Assembly: GCF_963921235.1 (NCBI RefSeq)
Contig: NC_086106.1
Span: forward strand, 23,746,001 to 23,810,000
DNA: 64,000 bases
Direction: 5' to 3'
Source of the DNA: Mobula hypostoma
Lineage: Eukaryota
This document shows positions 36,956 to 49,798 of this stretch, piece by piece; the first letter of the stretch is position 1; every line of letters starts with the position of its first letter. A model generated the notes under the pieces. That model had not been told where the DNA came from and did not search any database. It was given only the letters and a program-made list of their open reading frames with translations. Position numbers and translations under genes: made by a program.

Positions 36956-39560
36956 TGTATGGTAAAAATAGAAATATATACAGCGTCTGTTTTATTCTGG
37001 AGACCACGCGCGCTCTCTTCTTTTAGCGAGTGTATCCAGCCGCCCCGAGTAGCGAGCGAAGGAGGTCCCGTCAAATCACCGCCGGGCCCAAGACCACCCC
37101 GCGTTTGAAATTGAAAAGCCGACACGCGCGCCACCCGAATCGCCGTCCCCAAATAGAAACCGCGTTAAAATTTTTACTTCAAATACTTTCATAGGAACCT
37201 GCGGCATAGCTTCTATAATGTTTCTTTGTGGGTGAAAACACAGCTCTTCGCCATCATGCTGCAAGCACGGCACACACCTTAACATCTTCCCAAACCGGAG
37301 GTTACAGATAAGACCCGGCGAAACCGGATGTGACGTCATCACATGCCGCGATATACCATTGACAATGAATTTACCTTTGTTATATTGTAACTTAATTATC
37401 AACCTTTAACTTTAACTCGAAAATAGTTACAAACAAATAATTTAAAGCATAGACCCAGCATTGTCAAATAAATGCCTTTTGGACAACACACTCCCCGCCT
37501 GACCTTTGTAAGGTCTCTATAAACATGGTATCGAAGTTTAATCTCTCGATCAGTCTTTAGGCAGAAGTAGAACAACTTCTGTAACTGGTCTCAGGTTTCC
37601 TTTGCAGCGTTCGTTGTACAGATGTAAACCGGTTGACTGCCTCTTCTTTGTTGCTTGTAAAGCGCTGGCATGGTTCTCTGAACGGTAGAGGGGCGAGCTA
37701 GTTGTTCGCCTCGTCTCTAATGACCTTTGATTTCATTATTTTTAAGGAGATGACGTTTTCCACAGATGGAGCAAGTTTATTATCATGCTTAGTGTGAGCG
37801 AAGACTGACGGGCCCAGTGTCTTCTCAGTTACTGTACTGCGTTCGTGCCTTTGCTGAGCTTCCTTGATACACATAACACTTGTGGAAGGCTGAGAAATTG
37901 AATAGCGACCTCTTTCTAACACGTTAATCTTGAGCCAGTTAACTGTCGGTTTGTGTACGTTCCAGGCCACACCGCTCGTATCACCACCCAGCCCAGATCC
38001 AGACGTTGGGCGAAGACGGCGGTGTGTGGTCCATTGACCTGCTGCCTGACTTTGTCCACCCTAAGTACGGCTCTTCCGAGCAGCAGTAGTATTTCTGAGG
38101 TGGAGATGGGTCTGGTGTAGCACTGCGCTGGGATCGGAAACTCGGATCGGTTAATTAAGATCTCATTGCACTCTAAGAGTGGAGGGAGACTGATGGCGAC
38201 TTTGCTATCCAGCGACTCGAGCTGGAAGCCTTCTGCCGTCCCGCCATATGTTTCTGCGATGTCAGAGCAAGTTCTGAGGTAGAATGGGAATGAAATACCG
38301 TTTACGCTGAACAACTCGAAGAACTCTGGTCTCACTAGTGAGCGGTTGCTCTGGTCGTCCAGAAATACAAAGGCTTTGAAAGCCTTGTCTTTGGCTCATC
38401 TAGGATATACCTTACTGAGGCAGATCTTTGTGCACGAACGGCTCGAGCGACCTGGACTGCAAACTTCTGTGCAACTCGAGCTGACAATAGTTGTATCAGA
38501 GTGAAGCTTTCCCTCCCCGCCTCCTGTTGTGGGAGAGGAGGATCCTTGGCAGTTTCAGGTGACGGACCGGGATGCGTGGCTCCATCGTGATTAGTATTGT
38601 TACATTCCGAGCACTTTACGGGAAACGTGAACTCTTTCGCAAGGTGGGAGGTAGAGAAACAGCACTTAAAACATTTTTTTTTCATGAGAAGGGCCTTTCT
38701 TTCGTCAAAAGGTTTGTTTCAGAACATTCTGAATTTTTTGACGGTGTGGCGTTTGCTGAGCAATGGACAATTCTTTCTAGTTTCATAGTTGATTGCCGAG
38801 ACCGGTTTTATGCACTGAGACTGATTTATTGATGACAATATTGTTGGAAATGGGTTTGACTGGGTTGGTGTGCGTTGTGATTCTGGAAGCTCGGGTCGAT
38901 TCGACACTTCGCCTCCTTGCACACAAACCAACTAAAATTCTGAAAGCAGGGAAACGACCACCGTTCTCTTCCGTGAACTCTGAGACAATAGACACCCACC
39001 TTTCCTGCAGTCCAAAAGAAAGCTTGTCCATAATTGGTCTAACTCCGCATTAGGTATCCAGATACGACAGTCCAGTTAAATAGCCGTCTTGTTTAGCACC
39101 TTGAATCTAAAGAGTAAATCTCCGAGCTCTCGTAATTCAGTGTGGTGCTTGGTTAACACCCAAGGAAAATTGTCCAGCCGTTCAAATATCGCCCTCTCAG
39201 TAATCTCAGGGTCCTCATAGCACTCCCGCAGTCTCTGCCATGCTTTGTGTAAGGCTAGCATGGGGTTGCTGACGTACACTGAGCGTATGCATTTCACCTC
39301 TTCATTTGATTCCTTTTCCAGCCATTTAGACATAAGGTCCAACACTTGGGCTGCTGTGACCTCAACTCCGCCAGTGCACTGGTGAAAGAGGAGTACCACG
39401 CACGGTAATTTTCAGGCTTATTGTCAAACTGGTACAGCTTTCAATTGACGAGGTCTCGTCCCGCTAAGTACTGGGTGAGGTGTTCTGCTGCAGGTGGCGT
39501 GCCAGCTGGAGGAATATGTTGGGGAACATATTACTGAGCGTGTACGTTCACGACAGTGCA
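36956..39560 (-). mobile_element. Deleted BEL/Pao element, copy 3 (3' LTR 36956-37490)
   Basis: Collinear with copy 2 at an offset of ~3.3 kb, with the same internal deletion and ~190 bp of shared flank (36765-36955). Confidence 0.85.
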
Positions 39561-39907
39561 CCCGGTTTATTCCGTTTATAGAGGTACTGACAACGACCAA
39601 AACGTTTCCGATGATTGCTTCAGACAGCTTTTTAAATAATGTGAAAGTCCCAATTTGGATGTCCCGAGTGCTCTGTCATTCGTATTTCAGAAATTAACGG
39701 TCTTGTTCTCTTTTTTTTTTATCTGAATGAAACTAAAGGGATTCATTTAGAAATGGGAAAAATATTACATGGTGGGCGTTTAACATAAACACCGTAGATA
39801 ACTCTTACCACAATGAATACAGATTATTAGAAGGTCTCTACTGCGGGATGTCAGCTGTTTTTTTTTGAGGAACGGATTCAGGCATTCACTGCAGTCGTTC
39901 ATTCACA

Positions 39908-40180
39908 CATGATACTCTGCAGATGCTGGAGTCAAAGCAGCACTCATAACACGCTGAAGGAACTGAGCAGGTCGGGCAGCATCCGCGGAAACGATCAGTC
40001 AACGTTTTGGGCCGGAACCCTTTCATCAGGACTGAAGAAGGAAGAGGAAGAGGCCCTATAAAGAAGGTGGGGGAGGGTGGGAAGGAGAAAACTGGAAGGT
40101 TCCAGGAGATAAAAAAAAAGGGAAAATATAAAGGGGTGGGGCAGGAGAAGCAGGCAGGGGACAGGCAGGATAGATGAAGA
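39908..40180 (-). repeat. Penelope-like terminal repeat with a near-complete minimal hammerhead (39996-40034)
   Basis: The minus strand reads CAGTC-CTGATGA-AAGGGTTCCGGCCC-AAAAC-GTT-GACTG. Confidence 0.6.
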
Positions 40181-43100
40181 CGCAAAATGTTCATTCACAC
40201 ATAACTCGCTAATTCATCTATTGCATTAGCAAACAATAATATTAAAATGAATTTGAGGTATGGATTGTAGCAACTGAATTCTGTTGTAAGCAAAATGCAA
40301 GGGACAGACTGAACTTACTTAACAGCCACACCACGACAGGCCGGCATTGCAAACAGGTGAATTTGGAATGGTGCACCAATTATGACCCTCCCAGTGAGAG
40401 CCATTTCTTCCGTGCCTATTTCATCCTTGGGTTCTGTGGCACATACGATATTTTTTTTCCCATATTTCATCTGAGGCGTATTGGTCGGTCTGTTGTTTAG
40501 ATTGTACTGTCAACTACCTAAGTGATATGTGAGCTAGTCTCAATAAACGAATCTGTGGTCTTAAATGTCCATTCCTTTTTTCAATTAGCTTTGATTCTTG
40601 GGGGTAATAAAGAATGTGAAATTATTAATTCCTCCACTAGAAGCCTAAGCTTCTACAGCTTGCGACGTTAAGTGAGATCCATTGTCTAACTGTATTTTTG
40701 AAAGGCCCATTAAACCAATTAACTTCTGAAATGTCATTCAATGTGTGATCCTGATTAGCTTTGTGCAAGGGATTGCCATTAATAGATTTGAATGTGCAAT
40801 CCATGGGAAGCGAATAATTAAATCTTTGCTGCTGTGACATGGGTACAATGTAATCAATCTTCCATACTTGTGCTGGAGCAGAACTTCACTTCCCCCGATT
40901 AATCTAGATAGTCGACTTCACAGCCACTACACCTCTTTTAACATGGTAACACATGTCACATACAGTAATAACTTCTTTCATCATGTCGACTGAGAGCCGT
41001 ACCTTTGTGATATACACTTCCAAAAGATCATCTATATTACGTGCCTCTTGCTTCATCGCACAAAATTCAGGTACTTTGAAATGCATTCCCGAATTGTCCG
41101 TTACAGTTAATTGTTAAAGAACATGGATGAGGGTGATCTTTTTACGAAGCGTTTCTATACAAGTCAGTTATCTTCATTCAGATGTTATACAAAAATGCCT
41201 GTTCCCTCATTTTTTTTCCCTATCTGCTGCGTTCGCTGCCGCCACTTTTCCATACAAAATCACCATTCCATTCGTAAGTACACATGGGCACGTGTTTTTG
41301 TGCTCCTGACTCGATTCTTGTTGCAATGGGAAGCTATTAGCTACCACTTCAGCTGTTTAGCTGTAACTGCTTTTTCCCTGCTGCTGCATTACTGAACCTC
41401 TGAATGGAATCAGCGCGGCAGCTCCCAACCTATGGCCAACGGCTTCGATGCACTGAAGCCGTACATAAATCAGGCGTGAAGTTTGCTTGCTGCATAGAAC
41501 TGTTCACGCGGTAAACCTCGAGCAACAGGGGAGAGTGACGCTAGTGTAGGGGTTCGGCAGTATTTTTACTGATCCGATCCATAGGTACGTGGGCAAAACT
41601 TTCCATAAATCTGCTGATTCCTTCCGAAACCTTATTTCTCAGCTCTGTGATGTTCCACTTCCATTTGGTTATACAATCTTACTGCCACCTACCCACACTG
41701 TCAATATTGAAGTTCCCAAACAGCACTCGCGTCACAATGGGGAGGGGCGGTCTCAAGCTTACCTGAAGTCATTTGAAACACTGGATAGCCAAAAAACGGC
41801 ACTGTATGACTGGGCCCCTGTATTTTCTGTGCATTCGTTACTCATTCGTGGTCCTTCATATGATTTAGTGTTTTTTCTAGGGCTTGAGCAAACCCGTACT
41901 CGCTGGATGCTGTTAGCAGAATGCCATCGGTATACCTTTGTATTTTACTATGTTTATATCAGGCCAGCGAGCACATTCTCTGATGTTTCACACTTTTAGT
42001 CCATGATTTAGTGTGGGGCAATGCATATTTTCCCGAGGCAATCTGGTAAAGATGTGCCATCTGCTTCACATCTGCAGGTAATGTGATCCGGTATCTCTAG
42101 CGACAGGTTAAAAAAAAGGAATGTGTTGATGTGATCCATTAGGATCCATTACAAAGTACTATTGTTCTGTCCATGTTACATTCTTTCCACTGAGGTCTTT
42201 AAATCTGGGACAGCAGCAGTAAACGGAGGAGCAAAGGACCATGGATTTCGGTAGCAATACTGTAAGGTCTCCATTCGATAGCACAGGCAAAGCAATTTAT
42301 TTAAAATGCCAAATGTGAAATTCTCCAATTGTGTACACTGGCCGTCCCTCCAGCACATATCTTCAGATAACGTGGCTATCAGTACTGCTGCGTTTACCAG
42401 CAAATTTAATGTGTGTTGCTTGAAATTCAAGCATCTGCAGATTTCCACATGTTCGCGCTATCAGACCTGACGCTTTCATGGGTAGTCCTACCTGAATAGC
42501 CAATAGATTGGTTGCTTTACGTGCATATATTGTTTTCCCTCGTAAACTGTCCAGTCGCATCTCAGGCCCCTGAAAGCAGTCAGCGTTTCCACTTGCAACC
42601 GACCATTCGGCAGCCCTTTCTAATACAACATGAGCTTGTCGATTTGTTTCCAGCTGTCTGCAACTTCATATGCTCAAACACGCATCAAACCCTACCGTTA
42701 TTCCATTCCAGTTATGACTACCACGTGGCACAGGTTGAAAAACAGCGATGGCTACTTTGGATGGCCTGCTCTTCGGACACTTTCCGACATCTGTAGACTT
42801 GCAGCGCATAAGTTCTTTATGCTTTATGTCTATGCCTTTGTTAACAACGTGCACCACATACGGTTTGCCTCGTTGGAAAAGCACATTAACAGTATTAAGT
42901 AGAACTCGATTTCTTTACGGAAATTACAACAGGATACATTGAACTTCTGCATAGTCGTTTAGGTTTACAGTGCAGGTATTCCACTGCTAGTGTGTGGAAC
43001 GGAACCGATAATTAGCGAAAACGCGGTGGCATTTGGATAGTGAATATAAATACATATATTAAGGAATGTGGGTAAAAATAACTCGATGTAGCTAGTTGCG

Positions 43101-43266
43101 AAGTTCGAAAGCCAGACTCTGTTACGGACCACTGAAGGTAAGAGTAGAATGAAATTGCAGTTAAATGTGTGACTGTTAATTCATGTTTTGGGCAGTACCT
43201 CAGGATTTTAGTTCGTTGGACATATTTGAAGGAAGGGGGAAAAATTGAGTATTTGGAAGGTGTTTC

Positions 43267-44610
43267 TGTCACGGTCCGTCTCGTGAAGTCCGCATTGCGG
43301 TTCACGGTCAGGTCCGTGGACTCAAGACTCCGGGTCTTCAATCTGTCCCTTTTTTTTCGGTTGGGTTAATCATTGGCACTCAATTCCCATTTTGGGGCTC
43401 GGAATATAAGTAGCTTTGGTGGACGAGAGTGGGCTGCTGGTTTGTCTTGTCAAGATTCCCTGGGATCAACTAGCCGGTTGAAGGCTAGAACGGACACCTG
43501 CCATCTTTAGGGCGCGTTGGAGAACTATAGCTTCATGCAGCCTTGCTGTCGGTTTTCGGAGCTGTCTTTGCGGTATGTATTGGGCCTTTATTCTGGACCA
43601 GCTGAGTGGCCATCAGCCACTCCAGGTTAGGTAGGGGTCCGGCTGTTTCCTTAGTCAGTCGAGGTTTCTGACCGTAACTGCGACTCGGAGCAACCGCGAT
43701 GCAGAGATAGAACTGCCTGCCATTCTTTGGTGTTTGTCTGTTCTTGTCATCGCCTCCTTGAGGTAAGTCAGGCCGTTCTGCCGTTCTCTGCGCGGGGAAC
43801 TGTCTTGTGTTTTCCTCGCTTCCGTGGGGTAAATCATCCCGTAATGCCTTTGCCCTGCGGGGTGGGGGAGGGGGGTGGATCTGGGTTTTCTTGTCCTCGC
43901 CACCATGGGTTAAGTCAGTCCGTTTTGTCGTTGCCCTGCGAGGGTCACGTCTTGATTTGTCTTTGCCTCTACTGGCCGTTCTGCCTTTACCCGACGGATG
44001 GACCTGTCCCACCTTGGTGTGGAGATAAAGCTGAGTCGAAGGATAAGTCCCGGCTCTTTGTTATGTTCAGTTCCCAGTCTGATTCCGAGCTCCGGCCTCC
44101 GTGTTATCAGCCTCCGCATTTCAAGACCCTAGCCTGCAGCCTCAAGCCTCAAGATCCCAGCCTGCAGCCTGAAGCCCAAATCCCCCAGCCTGCAGCCTCA
44201 ACCCTCAATCCTCAACACCCAAGACCCCAGCCTCAATCCTCAAACCTCAAGCATTAAGCCTCAAGACCCAAGACCCGAGACCCCAGCCTCAAGCCTCAAG
44301 ACCCCAGCCTCGTCCTGTACTGTAGCCTTGTCATGCCCTCGCCTATTCCTGGAATCCGAGCCCGAGACAGGACCCAGGTTCTGTGTCCTTGTTCAGTCTC
44401 CGGCTCGGAGTCTAAGCACAGGCTCCCAGTTCATGGTTTCCTCGTCCTGGTTCCGCTTTCCCAAGCCCATCTCCTAGTTCATAGTACCTTGTCCGGTTTT
44501 CCTGTTTCTTGTCCATGTCCTATCTCAGGTCCTGCATCCTAGTCCTGTCCCTCGTAATTCAGTGTCTGCGTCCTGCATTTGGGTCCGTTCCTAACGCCCC
44601 CACTGTGACA
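43267..44610. mobile_element. Solo LTR of the same family as 16267/31646, independent insertion
   Basis: TGTCA...TGACA with a perfect 5-bp TSD GTTTC. It shares the start (..CACGGTCAGGTCCGTGGA) and end (TGCATTTGGG(T/C)CCG) with the other copies. Confidence 0.88.
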
Positions 44611-46925
44611 GTTTCTTTCTTCACATTTCTGTACTGGCAATGAAACAATACGATCTTGAATAGTCTTGACGATGCATCTTGTACAAAAGGGAAATGTTCC
44701 GACTGAACTCGAGCCGACCAATATCCCTACGATCAGATTTATAAAGCAGCTGGAGTGGTTCAATTATGTCCGCACTGGAACGGAAAGCAGAGTGAAAGGG
44801 CACAGGATAGATTAGTTATTGTAAAGGTAAATGTGGAGAAAAAGATTCCTGTGCAAGTATAGGCAGTGGATGGATTATGATTACTTTCAGTTCGGAACAA
44901 GTAAAATATCATCTTATATTTTCGATATTTACTGCTTATTTATTATTATGTTTTCGTATGTTTACGTTGTCATTTATCGCCTTCTACCCTCCGGTTGAAT
45001 TTTATTGATTTTGTTATTCTTAATATTCCATAGACTTGTTGCGTATCCGCTTGGGAATTGTACCTCCGTATTTTATTGGTTGACATATATGTGCTTTGAG
45101 ATTATGTTTCTTTAAAACTTAGAACTTCGATTTTCCCACCTATTTTTCGAAGACTAGCATCACCAAGAATACAAGGACATGATGTTGTAAGGCCCATCAT
45201 TATCTCTGGCAAACACGATTATAGCGGCCATCTGTTCCAGCCATCCATAAATTGCTATCGCCTAAATAGCTCAATTGCGAAATGACATCTCCCTGGATCT
45301 ATGTTCGTGTCTGGACTATCTGGATAATGCAATCCAGGGCATCAGACTCCGATGTATGCACTCCTACTTGTTCACTGCCTCTATTTCATATTCTGTCGTT
45401 TTTTCTTACAGCTCATTTTTTTTTTCTTCCTGTGCATCTTCTCAGTTTAGGACCAAATACGACCTGCAGTTTTTACTGTACAGAATAATCCAGAATTTGC
45501 ATTTTGGTTAAGATATATTAATTGTTTTCTTTATCTCACGTCCAACGGCAATAATTATTATCAATTTTCTTCATTCTACTGTATCATCGGTTGCTGATGA
45601 GTACAGCGGCAATCAATTTTACCAGTGAGTATCCAAAGGAATACCAGTCTTCACCAGCAGCTCCGTGCTCTGTACCCGCCAAGTATCTATTTCACCGGGT
45701 GACACATATTCGATGTTATTTCAGATGGATTGGTCCATTAGCTGCGACTGGCGTAGAGATAATCACCAGGTTAAATTTAAAATTTCAAAGCACATATGCT
45801 ATATAAACATGTATTCGGTACGTTATCCTACACTGCAGTGACATTACCTTCGTTGCAAGTTTTCAAATGTTACGTACCCCGTAACTGGGTTGCCAAACCA
45901 GCAGATATGGATCACTCAGTTGGAGTCTGGAGTACTAGAACTAAGAAAGTTTTATTAAAGAAACAAGCAACACAGTAATCGAAAGGATAATAAATGCAAC
46001 AGTTCAGTGATGATAAACACACATGTGCACAGCATTAAGATAACAGCATCAATCAAGCTCTATCGTTGTCTAGGGGTAAATGACCAATTTCAAAATGACT
46101 CAAAGTTCAGTCCAGTTAGTAGTTCAATTCGCAGTAATCGTTGCCATGGCGATGGACAACGTGGGGGAAGAGAGAGATAGAATAGGAACAACTGATCATT
46201 CAGAACACTGCTTCACTCACAGACCAGCGAGATGGCTCACAGACCAGCGAGATGGCTCACAAACAGCTTTTGGGCGGGTCCTTGGTGATGTCACCTGAGG
46301 TCACCGACTGTGACCCCTCCTCCAGATGCGGTCGATCCTCTGCAGTGAACCCGGCACCCAGGCAAGGGCGGACACACACCGGGTTCCCGCTGATCGTACC
46401 TTTCCACCCTTGTCGTTGTCTGATACTTCTCACCCACTCGTGAGAGGCGCACCGCTTCCAGGGTCTCGTTACCTCGGGTGGCGTGTGTGTCCCTGTCTTA
46501 GCGAACCTGTCCCTTTTTATCCCCCTGCTGGGGTATCGCCTGTCCATCACTTCAAACAGTTCAGGGTTCAAAGGGGGGGGGAGCCGCTCCAGACAGCTCT
46601 CTCTCCCACATCCCTTCATTACACACCTCCAGACGCTGCTCCATTGTTCCTTATCTCTCCTTCCCCTGAGGGCAGGTGGCAGACCAACTGCTGATGCCAC
46701 TGATGCTAGCCCAGGCCAGCAAACATCTTAATTTTATGTGTATTCTCGTAACACTTCCCCCCTTTAAGGATTTTTACCGGGAGGTAAAAATTACAAACAT
46801 GACTACATTATCGGATACATACACAATATACATCTTTAACAGTTATTTAGCTAATACAGAGAACTTGAAGCTGTCAACACCTTGACAGACAGTCATCACA
46901 TTTTCTGTTCCTTTTACACGTGTTA

Positions 46926-48513
46926 TTAATAATCCCTTAGACCAGGCTCCAACTCAGCAAACTTCATAGTGGCCAAAAACACTGATGAATTGCGACCAAT
47001 GTAACCTCTCATTTGGTTTTGTCCCGGACCACAACAACAAGGGTCGTCCCATTCCGACTCAATTTTCTCTCGCAAGGGCTTAGTAGGAGGGGGACGGGTA
47101 TTGACCGCAGAGTTATTGCAAAACTTCCTGCAGTACCCCACCATCTCCAAAAGCCTTCTGAGGGCCCTCTTGTCTGTCGGGGTTGGGAGGTCAGCGATAG
47201 CCTGCACTGTAGCTTGCATCGCTGCCAGCTGCCCCTGTGTCACCACAATTCCCAGGTAAGTGACCCTCGTGTGGCCGAATTCATTTTTTTTCAAGGTTCA
47301 CTATCAAACTGGCTTCAGACAGCCGTATTAAATTGCCAATACACACCTCTGTGGTCATCAGCCCTTTAGTCACTGAATTACTCGAAAAATATGGGTGTTG
47401 TTTACTTGGCTGCCCTATTGTAACCACATTCACCCAACGTCCCAGTTCTTTGCATTTCCTCGGGACAATCAAACACATAGGTGCGAGTCGTTTAATTACT
47501 CCTTCTAAAGATTCGCTTTGTTCGGGGATTAAGGGAGAGACCTTATCAGTAGACCTGGCCAAAAAAATAGCCTTCTCCCATCTGACCGATCCCATCCTAA
47601 TCCTTTCAAAATGGTTCTTTTCTCTTATCAGGGGGCCCCTAGCTTCATTGATTTCCACGCTAACACCGACTAGGTTTGTTAGCATATCAAAAGCCGGTGA
47701 CCGTCTCAGTTCGCGTCGGTCATGATCAATAACATTTTTCCCCCTGGGCAGCCGGTAAATCTCTTTCATGATTCCACCAACTGTTTCCTCCAGCACCGCA
47801 AGATGTCCACCGGGGGGTACCTCGTGGGCCATGTTAAAAACCTCATCCCCATAACTCTTTTGCACCACCCCCCATTCCTCATCTGCGGGTACTGTACTTG
47901 ATTTCCCTTTCTTCCTTAGCACTTCCTCCTCCGCACAATAGCTTGTCAAGGCTGTGTCAGAGAGAGCGGTCTCTGCCAAAACCATCAGCCCCTCGTCTCG
48001 CTCCTGCGTCTGCACAAATTCTTTCCTGGCTACTGCTACGTCCGTCCCTGCTCCCTCACTACCTCTTATCTCACTACACCCTGTCTCATACAAGGTTGGC
48101 AGAAACGTTTCAGCCAAATTTACCACCATAGCTAAATTCACTACCGCAGCCCTATGATAAACCTGTGAGTCCATGGGCGGGGCCTCACTGTTGGCAGGCT
48201 GACCTGTTAATCTCACGACTGGGAACACGATTCCCCCGGCGATGTCATTACCGAGCAAGACTTCCACGTCTTTCATCGGTAATTCGGACCTCACCCCGAT
48301 CGTGACTAGTCCAGAGACCAGGTTGCTCTGTAAGTGTATCTGGTGCAAAGGGACTGACTCTGTCCCTTCCCCAACACCTTTGACCTCTACCTCCCCAGTC
48401 TGGGTCTCTGAGCCAAACTCTAATACACTCCTCAGTATTAGTGACTGACACGCTCCCGTGTCTCTCCAGATCCGCACTGGAACTGGTTTTAACCCCTCCT
48501 TCACTGACACCAA
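46926..48513 (-). pseudogene. pol: Protease, integrase Zn-finger start and RT thumb remnant of the Gmr1-like element
   Basis: WRDTGACQSLI protease, AHEVPPGGHL (integrase HH), then LIVNLEK/EFG..VTYLG.VV..LRRLL.MVGYCRKF at the RT end. The YxDD and RNase H regions are missing. Confidence 0.8.
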
Positions 48514-49798
48514 TCAGGCCGAGATAAACCTCTCGCGCCCTTCCTGGACTTTTTCAGACCTGTCCTTCCCTAGCGGTTCGCTTAACAGCTCAATACAGCC
48601 ATTCAAAATTTCCGCTTTTCCTTTCCCCGTCTCCTTCCTTGGGGCAAAGCACCTGGACGCAATGTGTCCGGCTTTCCCACAATTATAACAGACGACCCCA
48701 GGAGACTTCCTACCAGACTGCTCCCGGTCTACCTTATCCTTTTCACTAGTCCCCGGCTTACTTTCTGACTTTTCCGGCGGACTCTCCCCGCCGTCCTGAC
48801 TACCCTTCTGGTAGCCTTTACTCGGGGCAAACATCATTTTATGCGTCAACGCATACTCATCCGCTAACTTAGCAGTTGCGGCTAACGTGGCTGCCTCTTT
48901 CTCATCGAGGTAGGGTCTCATACCCTCAAGGACACAACCTTTAAACTGCTCAATCAGAATCAGTTGCAGCAGTCTGTCATAATCCCCCTCCACCCCTTTC
49001 GAGGCGCACCAACGCTCACAATATGTTTGCATCTCACGAGCAAACTCCAAATACGTGCGGTCCCACCGCTTCCTCGCATTCCGGAACCTCTGCCGGTATG
49101 CCTCCGGGACCAACTCATAAATCCTGAGGATGGCCTCCTTCACCACCTCATACTTCTGGGCATCTTCCGCGGATAAAGCTGAGTAAGCTTCTTGGGCCTT
49201 CCCTTTCAGTACACTCTGAAGTAACACAGCCCACTTATCCCTCGGCCATTCCTGACTTATAGCCACCTTTTCGAAGTGGAGAAAGTACCGATCCACGTCG
49301 GTATCGTCAAAAGGGGGAACCAGCCTTACCTCCTGGGTCGCCCGGAACCCTCCACCTTGGTTCGGCACGAACCCCTGCTCGGCCCTTATCTTTAACTTCT
49401 CCAGCTCAAATTCCCTTTCCCTCTGTTTCTCCTCTCTCTCCAACTGTCTTTCTCTCTCCCGCCTTTCTAACTCTTTCTCTCTCTCCTGCCTTTCTAACTG
49501 CTTCTCTTCGTGTTCTAACTGCCGTACCCGGAACTCGTGCTCGAGTCTCAGTTTTTTCAAGCTGTACCTGTACCGCGTCTCCAGCGGGTTTTTCAATAGA
49601 CATCTCCCCCAGCTCACCTTGGGGAAACACACCTTTAGATACATAGTGCTCTACAATAGCTCTGTGTATCTCCTCTCTCCTCATTGTCGACTTCACCTTG
49701 GCAAGATTCACCCGTTTGGCCACAGCTATCAATTCCGATTTCCTGGCATCCTCTAATGCCTCCAAGGTCGGCGCCTTTATAAATTCCTCAACCTCCAT
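48514..49798 (-). pseudogene. gag: Gag of the Gmr1-like element (SCAN-related capsid plus CCHC knuckle), frameshifted near 49600
   Basis: LVPPFDDTDVDRYFLHFEK..WAVLLQ..GKAQEAY..ELVPEAYRQRFR..LILIEQF and CYNCGKAGHIASRC. The N-terminus lies in another frame (49406-49798). Confidence 0.85.

Noticed and set aside
41740-41820. SQAYLK..TALYDWA resembling IgH V FR3 (possible IgH-like V in the TCR locus)
   Set aside because: No Cys, no upstream W/C framework, no RSS, and the spacing is off by one residue.
43533-44257. 159-aa and 176-aa ORFs
   Set aside because: They lie inside the solo LTR and reflect low-complexity internal repeats.
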